Source of the DNA: Spirochaetaceae bacterium | GTDB taxonomy: Bacteria; Spirochaetota; Spirochaetia; DSM-27196; SKKC01 | NCBI GenBank assembly: GCA_046542845.1 | Contig: JBKHAN010000008.1 | Coordinates: forward strand, 3,669 to 67,668 | Direction: 5' to 3' | DNA: 64,000 bases | In this document: one piece after another, positions 27,023 to 36,315 of the stretch | Layout: the number at the start of each line of letters is the position of its first letter | How positions within the stretch are numbered: position 1 is the stretch's first letter | The notes under the pieces: generated by a model | The model's input: only the letters and a program-made list of their open reading frames with translations | Told to the model about the DNA's origin: nothing | Database searches by the model: none | Translations under genes and position numbers: made by a program

Positions 27023-28447
27023 ATGAATATTACATCTGTTGAAGACGGCCTGGTTCAGATCCAAAAGAACGGGCAATCCTACCTTGGTATCGCGCTGGGG
27101 AAATCCGGCAGAACCTTCGGGTTGCGAAAGCTTGCGGAAGCAGGCGGTCCCAAGGGATGGATCGTCGGCGGAACGAATGTTGAACGCTGGGACACATATG
27201 GCATCGTCGAAGATAATGGCCAGGTGTATCTCTACGGGAAGATGTACGATGTTCTTCCTCTGTCGGGCATTGTCGCGTTACCGGAAGACGAAGCGCTGGT
27301 GTACGTGGAACGACTCGCGCATGCGCTGGATGTCATGACGCGATCGAACCTCTGTCCCCGCCGGATACACACGCACGGCGTGCTCTTCATCGAGGGAGGA
27401 CAGGTCCTGTTCCTCGGTGATCAGGTGGTCGACCGCATTACAGACATCAGTGAGGAAACGACCCGAATAAGCCGGCTCGAGCAGCTGAATCATCCGGATT
27501 ATGAAGGTCCTTCAAACGCCGTCTTTGCGGTCTCAGTTCTCGTGTACCGCATCCTGACGGGGGAATGGCCTTACACGGCGGGTTCGGAAGAAGAGATACA
27601 TACGTTTATCAGGGAAGCACACGCTCTTCGCCCGGAGTTTCTTCGCCCCTCGCTCGATCTGCACATCGCGGCGATCGTCTTTGAATCCATACAGAAACCG
27701 AGCGGCAGATCGTTCGAGGAATGGGTTCGGGATCTCCATGACTGGCGCGATAGCGGGTACACCCGCGAGATCAGCGACGACGAACGAGACGAACTTGTCC
27801 GAAAAGCGAGCGCGGCGCGTATATCAATGGACAGATCCCTGAGCCGACGCGAAACGGTGCGGAAGCACTGGAAACAGACGGTCGTGATAGCGCTCGTGAT
27901 CATTATTGCCGGCAGTATTCCCATGAGCATGCTCAGGAATTATCTTGCACCACGACGAACCGCGGGCATGGCACCGCAGGAAGTGGTCGAGACGTTTCTG
28001 TACGCACAGAACGAGCTCGATCACGATCTCATGGAGGATGCGGTCGTCGATCGGGCAGGTCAGGAATACATACGTGAGGCGACCAACCTTTTTGTCGTTT
28101 CCCGCATGCGCATGAGTGTCGAAATGACCGACAGTATCGTGGATCCGGTTGCATGGACCGAAAACGGACGCCCGGAGCTCGAGCCAGGACAATGGGTTTA
28201 CGGCGTCGTAAACGCAGAGATCGAAGAGATACCCTCGGCAGACGACAGCGCCGCCTTCCGTGTCCGCTACGAGCGGTGGTCACCGGATCAGGATACACAA
28301 GGCGATCCTGAAGATATTGATCTTGAAACGCCGCTCGGATTCAGCGGAACTGTCAGAGAAGACATATTTCGCCTGCGCAGAGAACAGGATGACTGGGTTA
28401 TATACGAGATTGAAACGCTTTCGCAATCTCCGATCGTAGACTGGTAA
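27023..28447 (+). CDS. Membrane protein with a kinase-like (pseudokinase) cytoplasmic domain and an extracytoplasmic domain
   Basis: C-lobe-like AVFAVSVLVYRILTGEWPY...RPEFLRPSL; one TM (VVIALVIIIAGSIPM); no HRD or DFG. Confidence 0.6.
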   Translation: MNITSVEDGLVQIQKNGQSYLGIALGKSGRTFGLRKLAEAGGPKGWIVGGTNVERWDTYGIVEDNGQVYLYGKMYDVLPLSGIVALPEDEALVYVERLAHALDVMTRSNLCPRRIHTHGVLFIEGGQVLFLGDQVVDRITDISEETTRISRLEQLNHPDYEGPSNAVFAVSVLVYRILTGEWPYTAGSEEEIHTFIREAHALRPEFLRPSLDLHIAAIVFESIQKPSGRSFEEWVRDLHDWRDSGYTREISDDERDELVRKASAARISMDRSLSRRETVRKHWKQTVVIALVIIIAGSIPMSMLRNYLAPRRTAGMAPQEVVETFLYAQNELDHDLMEDAVVDRAGQEYIREATNLFVVSRMRMSVEMTDSIVDPVAWTENGRPELEPGQWVYGVVNAEIEEIPSADDSAAFRVRYERWSPDQDTQGDPEDIDLETPLGFSGTVREDIFRLRREQDDWVIYEIETLSQSPIVDW

Positions 28448-29379
28448 TGAGCAGTACGGATCTGATCGAAATACGCGAGATCGAATCGGTCAACCGACTA
28501 CTGTCGGCAGCTCAATCGGACGATATACCCGCTTCCGCACATTTTTCTGCAGATGAACAGTTCTTTCTCAAGACAACGAGGCCGCTACGTGTCCCCCGAT
28601 TCCCTGTTCATCACGATGTCAGGAATCCCGTCCCGACCGTCGAGTATCTCAAAAGCCTTGAACCAGCCCTCACTGAACTCATAGAGCGGTTTCCCGGTCT
28701 CTTCAGGGCATGCCGGTATTCTTTCGACCCCGCCTATCCGCACGAAGCGGTGTTTTACCGCGTACTGAGCAGGGACGGTACCGCCTTTGTATATCTCTTG
28801 CGGGTCAGCCTTGCCTTCGCACCTCGGATGCATACGGTTCTCGAAAAGGGAAACAACGATTATACGTCTTCCTACTGCACAAACCGGCTGCCGGTCGAGG
28901 CGTTGATCATGCCTGTCGCCCGGGTCGACAGTAATTCCATCCGCGTAGAGCGCTACATCTCAAGCACGTGGATCGGAGAGACGGGTCGCGGCTATCTGAC
29001 ACAGGGGATATGGGTCGATCGGGATTTTTCCAAGATACTTTCCCGCATCGTCAACCCGAACAGCGCGAAGACCTACCCATGGTTTCCGGTCGGTGCGAGG
29101 TATAACACCATCAGTTATCGACCTATTGAACTTAGCCCGCCGTCAATCGATGCACTGACAACCCACGTCACGGCCATACGGTATTCGCTCGCTTCGTGTA
29201 TGTCCGAGATAGAGGCGTTGCTACGGTCCGGCGATCGTGAGACGCTCTCGGGCTATGTAGACTCACTTGTATCTTCGTTTCCGGACGGGGAACGGGAACG
29301 GTATCGTGGCATCAGAACAAGAGCATACCTCAACGAATTCGATCAGAAGGAGTATCAGATTGAACGTGAAACGGTTTAG
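28447..29379 (+). CDS. Hypothetical cytoplasmic protein
   Basis: 310-aa ORF coupled to both neighbours (TAATG overlap upstream, overlap with the murD start). No family recognised. Confidence 0.7.
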   Translation: MSSTDLIEIREIESVNRLLSAAQSDDIPASAHFSADEQFFLKTTRPLRVPRFPVHHDVRNPVPTVEYLKSLEPALTELIERFPGLFRACRYSFDPAYPHEAVFYRVLSRDGTAFVYLLRVSLAFAPRMHTVLEKGNNDYTSSYCTNRLPVEALIMPVARVDSNSIRVERYISSTWIGETGRGYLTQGIWVDRDFSKILSRIVNPNSAKTYPWFPVGARYNTISYRPIELSPPSIDALTTHVTAIRYSLASCMSEIEALLRSGDRETLSGYVDSLVSSFPDGERERYRGIRTRAYLNEFDQKEYQIERETV

Positions 29380-30691
29380 CGGTGCACGGGTAACGGTATT
29401 GGGACTGGGCCTACACGGCGGTGGCGTAGAAACGGTCCGGTACCTGCATCGACACGGTGCAACAGTAACCGTTACGGACCTGCGCAGTGAAGCAGAACTG
29501 CGACCGAGTCTCGATCTGATTGGAAACATAGCTGAAAAGATTGTCCTTGGCCGGCATGACCCGGTCGACTTCACGAACAGTGACTTTGTCGTAAAAAATC
29601 CGGCTGTACCCCGACACGCACCGATCCTCGGCCACGCGCGCGAGATTCGCAGTGATATCTCGCTGTTCTTTGAGCGATGGAGCGGTCCGTGCATCGCTGT
29701 TACCGGCAGCAAAGGCAAGAGCACCGTTTCGAGTATGATACACCACGCATTGCTGTCCTTCGATTCACGTTCGCGTCTTGGCGGGAATATTACGGTCAGC
29801 CCACTGAGTTTCGTCGACGAAATCAGTCCGGACACACCGGTGGTACTGGAACTGTCCAGTTTTCAGCTGGGAGACCTGAACCTCGTTGCCTCGTCCGGAG
29901 CACCGGTCAAGTTTGCGCCGCACGTTTCTGTTATCACGAATATTTTTAAAGACCATCAGGATTACTATCAGGGGAACATGGAAGACTACGTGCGGGACAA
30001 AGAGCGTATTTTCGAGACCATGCCCTCCGACGGAACTCTTGTGCTCGGCTCCGACGACTCGTGGGCTGACCGCTTTGAGCGCAGCGCTACCGTTCCCACG
30101 CTCCGCGCGTCGAAGCAGGTTGTACAGGGCACTCCGCTCGCCACAGGAACACCCTTGGAAATTAACCGCGGTATAGCACTGACAGCGCTTACGGCCTTCG
30201 GGGTGGATCCGCTTCGCGCTGAGCAAGCCCTGTCGGACTTCCGCGGAATCGAGCACCGTTTCGAAACGGTCTATGACAACGGCAGCCTCATTGTCATCAA
30301 TGACAGCGCTTCAACAGTACCGGAGGCGGCGCTCGCAGCGGTTCGAGCTGCCGGGAATCGAACGGTTCTGATAACGGGTGGAACCGACAAGCGGCTCGAT
30401 ATCGCACCGTTCAGACTCGTCGCCGCTTCTGTGGACCACTTCGTACTTCTCGAGGGGTCTGCCACCAGGCGGATACAGGCTTTGCTCGACAGTATGTCGG
30501 TTCCCTACGCAGGTCCGTACCGAAATCTGTCGCACGCATTCAGGAGAGCGTTGGAACTCTGTCGGGAGTCGGATTCGCGCTGCATCCTGTTCAGCCCGGG
30601 ATGCGCCAGTTTCGAGCTGTTTGCGAATGAGTTCGATCGCGGCCGACAATTCAAGAAGCTTGTGGAATCCTTTCAGAACGATCTACATTGA
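29360..30691 (+). CDS. murD: UDP-N-acetylmuramoyl-L-alanine--D-glutamate ligase
   Basis: GLGLHGGG, AVTGSKGKST, ELSSFQL, EHRFE, INDSAST and LFSPGCASF...NEFDRG. TTG start 7 nt after AAGGAG. Confidence 0.93.
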   Translation: MNVKRFSGARVTVLGLGLHGGGVETVRYLHRHGATVTVTDLRSEAELRPSLDLIGNIAEKIVLGRHDPVDFTNSDFVVKNPAVPRHAPILGHAREIRSDISLFFERWSGPCIAVTGSKGKSTVSSMIHHALLSFDSRSRLGGNITVSPLSFVDEISPDTPVVLELSSFQLGDLNLVASSGAPVKFAPHVSVITNIFKDHQDYYQGNMEDYVRDKERIFETMPSDGTLVLGSDDSWADRFERSATVPTLRASKQVVQGTPLATGTPLEINRGIALTALTAFGVDPLRAEQALSDFRGIEHRFETVYDNGSLIVINDSASTVPEAALAAVRAAGNRTVLITGGTDKRLDIAPFRLVAASVDHFVLLEGSATRRIQALLDSMSVPYAGPYRNLSHAFRRALELCRESDSRCILFSPGCASFELFANEFDRGRQFKKLVESFQNDLH

Positions 30692-30721
30692 AGGGACCTA
30701 CTTTTCAAGGACAGGAATATC

Positions 30722-31939
30722 ATGACGAAACAAACGTTCAGCCAGGAGTTTCTCCGGGCGATACCAAAAACGGATCTGCACGTACACCTTGACGGAAGCC
30801 TCCGTCTCTCCACCCTCATAGATCTCGGAAAAGCGTACGGCGTCGAGCTTCCGAGCTTTACCGAAGCCGGGCTGAAGGATCTGGTGTTCAAGGAATCGTA
30901 TGCGAATCTCGACGAGTATTTGTCAGGGTTCCGCTGGACAACAGCGGTCATGCAGACAAAAGAAGCCCTCCACCAGGTCGCGTATGAACTCGCGATGGAT
31001 AATGCCGACGAAGGGGTCCGTTATCTGGAAGTTCGTTTTGCACCCCAGCTTCACATGTCGAGCAGCCTTTCGTTCGATGAGGTCATGACCGCCGTGGACA
31101 GCGGTTTAAGAAATGCAGCCGGTGTTATAAACGCCAGGGATGCAGACCTTCCTCCGTTCCATTACGGAATCATTGTATGTGCCATGCGATTCTTCACAGC
31201 CGAGTTTTCGCCGTATTACGCGACGCTCGCTTCCGGGCTTCAGTTCAGCACGCTTCGCGAGATTCAGCAGCTTGCCGGGTACGAACTCGCGCGCGCTGCG
31301 GTGCGTCTGAGGGACACCTCCGACATACAGATTGTGGGGTTCGATCTGGCCGGAAGCGAGCGAGGGAATCCCGCGGGTTCGCACCGGAAGGCTTTCGAGC
31401 ACGCCCATGAAAATTTCCTGCACAAAACGGTACACGCGGGCGAAGCCTATGGCCCGGAATCCATCTTCCAGGCAATTACCATGCTCCATGCCGACCGCAT
31501 AGGACACGGGTTGCACCTGTTCGACTCCAATATGATCGAGAACCCTGAGATCAAAGATCGCGAGCTATACGTGGAACGCCTCGCAAACTCGATTGCCGAG
31601 AATCGTACAGCGGTAGAAGTCTGCCTCACGAGTAACCTTCAGACTTCCCCTGATATCGGTCACGTCAGTGACCACTCGCTGTCACGTATGCTGGAGCACG
31701 GGCTCTCGGTAACGCTGTGTACCGACAACAGACTCGTGAGCAACACAACCGTGACTGACGAAATCCAGCTTGCAGTCGATTCCTTTGACATAAGCGAAGA
31801 GCAGCTCAGGAATATCGTGATTCATGGTTTCAAGCGAAGCTTCTACTACGGCAGCTATTCGGAGAAGCGGCGCTACGTACGAGAGATAATCGACTATTAC
31901 GACACGACACGTCAGGATTTTTTACGAAAACGCCGGTAA
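30722..31939 (+). CDS. add: Adenosine deaminase-family protein
   Basis: PKTDLHVHLDGS, YLEVRFAP, GFDLAGSE, TVHAGE, RIGHG, CLTSN and CTDN. Confidence 0.88.
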   Translation: MTKQTFSQEFLRAIPKTDLHVHLDGSLRLSTLIDLGKAYGVELPSFTEAGLKDLVFKESYANLDEYLSGFRWTTAVMQTKEALHQVAYELAMDNADEGVRYLEVRFAPQLHMSSSLSFDEVMTAVDSGLRNAAGVINARDADLPPFHYGIIVCAMRFFTAEFSPYYATLASGLQFSTLREIQQLAGYELARAAVRLRDTSDIQIVGFDLAGSERGNPAGSHRKAFEHAHENFLHKTVHAGEAYGPESIFQAITMLHADRIGHGLHLFDSNMIENPEIKDRELYVERLANSIAENRTAVEVCLTSNLQTSPDIGHVSDHSLSRMLEHGLSVTLCTDNRLVSNTTVTDEIQLAVDSFDISEEQLRNIVIHGFKRSFYYGSYSEKRRYVREIIDYYDTTRQDFLRKRR

Positions 31940-33027
31940 TACCACATGCGAAGCCCCTCGGCGAGGCGGTACGCACCGCTTCTGAGTCCGCCGAGGTCGG
32001 CGTCGATCGTGCCGGGCATCATACGCTGTACCCCGCCGAATCCGGTCTTGAATCGATACAGTCCGTGCATAGGGTGCTCGGGGTCGTCCGAAGGCGGGAT
32101 GCCGAAGAAGTCGTACTGGTGGCATCCTGCAGCCTTCGCACGACGAATCGCTTCCCACTGCAGAGCGTAGGCGGGCATTACATTACGTTTCCTGTCCGCC
32201 GCCGCTCCGAAAACGTAGGTTGTCGTCTGGTGCGTGCGCGCGGTCATTATCGCCGCGATCATCTCACCCTCGTGCTCGGCACAGAGCAGTTCACGACGCG
32301 GAAAGGACTCCGGCGCGAGCGTCATAAAACGTTCGTAGTATTCTATGGGGTGAATAGCGATACGGTCCCGGACTGCAGTCATGCGATAAAGCCTGTAAAA
32401 CTCCGCCAGATCGTGGGCCCGTTCAGACTCGGTGCTGACACGGACACGTACTCCCTTCTTCTCCGATAAACGAATGTTGTACCGCCATTTCGATTTCATG
32501 GCAGCGAGCAGCGATTCTTCATCCTGTTCGAGATCAAGCAGCACGGTATCAGGCGGTTGTATGTCTGAAGCTTTCGACGTCAGGCGCACTCCCCGTTTCG
32601 GCCGTTCGTTCCCGTGAAGGTTAAAAAGCCTCTGACGATCGGACGACGCGAAACAATCTCTAGCGAGCGCCCAGTCGGGATCAAAGCGGATGATGGCCGT
32701 GTCGGGCGGAAGCAGTCGGGCGAGCGCCGCCGCAAGATGCGAGAGCTGAACCGACGCCTTTCGCAGTTCATCGACCGAGGATATTGCTGAGTCCTCAGCA
32801 AGTCCAAGGAAGCGCAAACCGGGTCCATGCGGAACGTAGGCCAGTCTGAAACCGGGAGCGAGCCGCTTGTGCAGCAGCAAAAGACCGGATCCGTCCGGAG
32901 TGCCGGTGGCCAAAGGCGTCCATCCAGCCGCTTCCTTGAACGCGCCCCACCACGGTGTCTGCATAAACGCAGGTCCGATCGGCAGCTCGCCAAGCGGTAT
33001 GGTATGAAGCGCTTTGAATTCAGCCAT
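31912..33027 (-). CDS. FemABX-family lipid II:amino acid (probably glycyl) transferase
   Basis: FMQTPWWGAFK, YVPHGP, KWRYNIR, YALQWEAI, YDFFG and GLYRFKTGFGG. Confidence 0.88.
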   Translation of the reverse strand: MAEFKALHTIPLGELPIGPAFMQTPWWGAFKEAAGWTPLATGTPDGSGLLLLHKRLAPGFRLAYVPHGPGLRFLGLAEDSAISSVDELRKASVQLSHLAAALARLLPPDTAIIRFDPDWALARDCFASSDRQRLFNLHGNERPKRGVRLTSKASDIQPPDTVLLDLEQDEESLLAAMKSKWRYNIRLSEKKGVRVRVSTESERAHDLAEFYRLYRMTAVRDRIAIHPIEYYERFMTLAPESFPRRELLCAEHEGEMIAAIMTARTHQTTTYVFGAAADRKRNVMPAYALQWEAIRRAKAAGCHQYDFFGIPPSDDPEHPMHGLYRFKTGFGGVQRMMPGTIDADLGGLRSGAYRLAEGLRMWYYRRFRKKS

Positions 33028-33033
33028 ACGCCC

Positions 33034-35196
33034 CTATCCGACCGAACCGTCGATTACCCGTTGCGTTTTCAGCGGTTCGCCGTTGCAGGTCAGAGGACGA
33101 CCGGCGACCTGAACAATGCCTGCCTTTGTCTCGATCGGCAAGGAGAAGAAGGTGTCGACGTCTATGACCGGTGCGTCGATCAATGTACGCTGTGAGCCTT
33201 CGAGGTGGATTTGAGTACCGGGTTCCACTCCTTCGAGGAACAGAACTTCCACAACGCTCCGGTCTTCATTCTCGGCGGCAAGAAGCATGCCCTGACTCAG
33301 TTCGCCTCGAAGTTTGGCCGGCTTCAGATTGTCTACGACAACCACCGTTTTTCCGGCTAACTCATCGGGCTCGTAAAAACCAACGAGCCCGCTCACAATC
33401 TGTCGTTCGACGCCGGTGCCGTCATCGATCTTTTCCACAAACAGTTTGTCGGCCCGTTCATGGCGGGAAACATCGGTGATCCGCGCGGCAATCAGCCGTA
33501 CAGACGAGGCGAACTGCTCGTCCACACGTGTCGCAACCGCCCGCTCTTCCTGGCTACCGCTGAAACGTTCCCGAAGCTCCTGTATAAGGTCGTCGTCAAG
33601 TCGGGTGAAGAGCACCTCAGGTCGCTGCACCTGCTCGATTCCTTCGGTGCTTCCAAGCATGCTCCATGATAATTCGTCGAGACCCAGGAATGCGGCAATG
33701 CGACGCGATGTTTCGGGCATAAACGGTTCAACGAGCACCGCAATATCACGAACAAGATACACAAGATCGGCAAGAAGCGCCCCTGCCGCCTCCGGATCCG
33801 TCTCGCGTGTCTTCCACGGTTCTCCAGCCTGAAAATGCCGGTTTCCAAGCGAACTCAGCGCAAAAACGGCCCGAAACGCTGATCGCAACTGAGCCCACTC
33901 AAAATGGTCGGTTATCTGAGTCTCAAGTTTTCGAACCTCGGTCCAGAACATCTGATCTCCACCCGCGAACGACGGTAGTTTTCCTTCGTAGTACCTCGAA
34001 ACGAAGGTCAACGTCCGGTTAACGAGATTCGAGAGGTTGCCGATGAGCTCTCCATTGGTCTTTTCCTGAAAGTCATCCCATGTGAAAACGGCGTCGCTCG
34101 TCTCGGGGCGATTGTAGAACATATAGAAGCGCCATACGTCGGCAGGTATCCCCGTATCGCGCGCATCATTGCCGAACACTCCGATTCCCTTGCTCTTCGA
34201 AAACTTTCCACTTTCGTAGTTCAGGTATTCTGTTGAGCTCATATGATGAAGCATGGTCCAGCGCTCGCCGGTACCGAGCAGGGAGCTCGGAAACACGACT
34301 GTATGGAATGGAATGTTATCTTTGCCGATGAACTGAAAAAGCTCGACTTCATCCGGGTTCTTCCACCAGCTCTCCCATTCCTCAGTGTGTGTCGCGGTAA
34401 TGGAAATGTATCCGATCGGAGCGTCAAACCAGACATAGAATACCTTTCCGGCATAAGCGGCAAGCGGTACGGGGATACCCCACTTCAGGTCTCTCGTAAT
34501 GCTACGTTCCTTGAGGCCGTCCCGTATCCAGCTGTGTGTCATTTGCAATGCATTGTGCGCCCATTTCCCTGAAACGCTCGCTTCCTTCATCCATGCCTCG
34601 AGCTTCGGCAGTATAGCCGGAAGATCGATATAAAGATGCCGCGTGCTGCGCATGACCGGGCGCGAGTTATCCAGAGCAGATCTCGGTTCTATCAGATCCG
34701 ACGGATCGAGAACTTTGCCACAATTCTCACACTGATCACCACGTGCTTCGGTGTACCCGCAATGGGGACAGGTTCCGCGCACGTAGCGATCCGCGAGAAA
34801 CATATCGCTCTCTTCGGAATAGAGCTGCTCGATTTCCTGTTCGTGTATATAGCCATTCTCGTAGAGCTTCAGAAAGATGCTCTGAACGATCTCGGTCTGC
34901 TTGTGTGTCGACGTGCGCCCGAACTTATCGAACGATATGTGAAACCATTCATATATGTCTTTGTGTATGCTATAGTACCGCGTACACAGTTCTTCAGGCG
35001 TTATTCCTTCCTCTCTGGCACGGGTTTCCGTTGCAGTTCCGTACTCGTCCGTCCCGCAAATGTACAGGGTCTCGTATCCTGCGAGGCGGCAATACCGGGC
35101 GAATACGTCTGCCGAAAGAACCTGAATAAGGTTTCCGAGATGGGGAATATTATTGACGTACGGTAGCGCAGACGTGATAAGGCGACGTTTCATCAT
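33034..35196 (-). CDS. metG: Methionine--tRNA ligase with a C-terminal tRNA-binding domain
   Basis: PHLGN, GTDEYG, Zn knuckle CPHC/CENC, YVWFDAPIGY, KFSKS and a C-terminal OB domain. Confidence 0.97.
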   Translation of the reverse strand: MMKRRLITSALPYVNNIPHLGNLIQVLSADVFARYCRLAGYETLYICGTDEYGTATETRAREEGITPEELCTRYYSIHKDIYEWFHISFDKFGRTSTHKQTEIVQSIFLKLYENGYIHEQEIEQLYSEESDMFLADRYVRGTCPHCGYTEARGDQCENCGKVLDPSDLIEPRSALDNSRPVMRSTRHLYIDLPAILPKLEAWMKEASVSGKWAHNALQMTHSWIRDGLKERSITRDLKWGIPVPLAAYAGKVFYVWFDAPIGYISITATHTEEWESWWKNPDEVELFQFIGKDNIPFHTVVFPSSLLGTGERWTMLHHMSSTEYLNYESGKFSKSKGIGVFGNDARDTGIPADVWRFYMFYNRPETSDAVFTWDDFQEKTNGELIGNLSNLVNRTLTFVSRYYEGKLPSFAGGDQMFWTEVRKLETQITDHFEWAQLRSAFRAVFALSSLGNRHFQAGEPWKTRETDPEAAGALLADLVYLVRDIAVLVEPFMPETSRRIAAFLGLDELSWSMLGSTEGIEQVQRPEVLFTRLDDDLIQELRERFSGSQEERAVATRVDEQFASSVRLIAARITDVSRHERADKLFVEKIDDGTGVERQIVSGLVGFYEPDELAGKTVVVVDNLKPAKLRGELSQGMLLAAENEDRSVVEVLFLEGVEPGTQIHLEGSQRTLIDAPVIDVDTFFSLPIETKAGIVQVAGRPLTCNGEPLKTQRVIDGSVG

Positions 35197-35206
35197 AATA
35201 CGGCGT

Positions 35207-35236
35207 ACTGTACCTTTGCGGAAAAGTCGGAGTCAA
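35207..35236 (-). promoter_or_regulatory. sigma70 promoter of metG
   Basis: Minus strand TTGACT-N18-TACAGT, 10 nt before the ATG. Confidence 0.5.
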
Positions 35237-35313
35237 GGCAGAGGCGTTGCTTGACCTCCGTCGACACACGTGAATACTGAATGGTCATTCAAGCTACACT
35301 CAAGGAGGTAGTA

Positions 35314-36315
35314 ATGGACAAGGAAAGCACCCCGAAGCGAAGAACGCCCAGGGGTATTCGACCGTTCACCATCGCGGCCGTGCTCATGGTGATTGTGTTT
35401 GTCGCGGCCGGAAGCACTACTGTTTTTTCGGTCGATCAGACCGAGGAAGCGGTGATTCTTCGTTTCGGTACTTACAACAGAACCATGGGGCCGGGCCTGC
35501 GCTGGAAACTTCCCTTCGGTATCGAAGAGAACTACAACGTCCCCACACAACAGGTGCAGACCATGAACTTCGGATTCCGCACGGAACAGATCGGACAATC
35601 CGGCCGACGCACCGAGTATTCCGACCAGAGATTTCCGGAAGAGAGCGTCATGCTTACCGGCGATCTGAACATCGTCGACGTGGAATGGATCATACAGTAC
35701 CGAATAAATGATGCACGAGAATGGCTTTTCAATGTCGAAGAGCGGGAGCAGACGATCCGCGATATATCACAGAGTGTCATAAACCAGCTCGTCGGCGACC
35801 GGACGATCTTCGACGTTATCGGCAGCGAGCGTGCGCGAATCGAGACCGAAGGCCAGCTACAGATGAACGAGTCGTTCGACGAATACGGTCTCGGTATCCG
35901 GATCACGCAGGTTCGTCTTCAGAACATCGTGCCGCCGGTCGGTCGCGTGCAGGACGCATTCGAAGACGTAAACCGTGCGGTACAGGACATGAACCGGCTC
36001 ATAAACGAAGGACGCGAAGAGTACAACCGCGAGATTCCCCGCGTCCGGGGCGAAGCGGAACGCCTCGTAGAAGAAGCGCGCGGATACCGGGCGCGTCGTA
36101 TCAACGACGCTACGGGTGACAGAGACCGGTTCCTTGAGGTCCTGTCCGCATACAGTGAGGATCCGGTGCGTACCCGAAGGCGTCTGTACATTGAAACGAT
36201 GGAGGAGGTATTCCAGAACCACGACAACCTGACGCTCATAGACCGGACGCTCGAGAACGTTCTGCCCATTCTGAATATTCCCGGCGCAGCAGGCGCCACA
36301 CAGGGGGGCCAATAA
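35314..36315 (+). CDS. hflK: FtsH modulator HflK
   Basis: TM plus SPFH domain; MLTGDLNIVDV, VQDAFEDV and TRRRLYIETME. SD AAGGAGG. Confidence 0.93.
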   Translation: MDKESTPKRRTPRGIRPFTIAAVLMVIVFVAAGSTTVFSVDQTEEAVILRFGTYNRTMGPGLRWKLPFGIEENYNVPTQQVQTMNFGFRTEQIGQSGRRTEYSDQRFPEESVMLTGDLNIVDVEWIIQYRINDAREWLFNVEEREQTIRDISQSVINQLVGDRTIFDVIGSERARIETEGQLQMNESFDEYGLGIRITQVRLQNIVPPVGRVQDAFEDVNRAVQDMNRLINEGREEYNREIPRVRGEAERLVEEARGYRARRINDATGDRDRFLEVLSAYSEDPVRTRRRLYIETMEEVFQNHDNLTLIDRTLENVLPILNIPGAAGATQGGQ

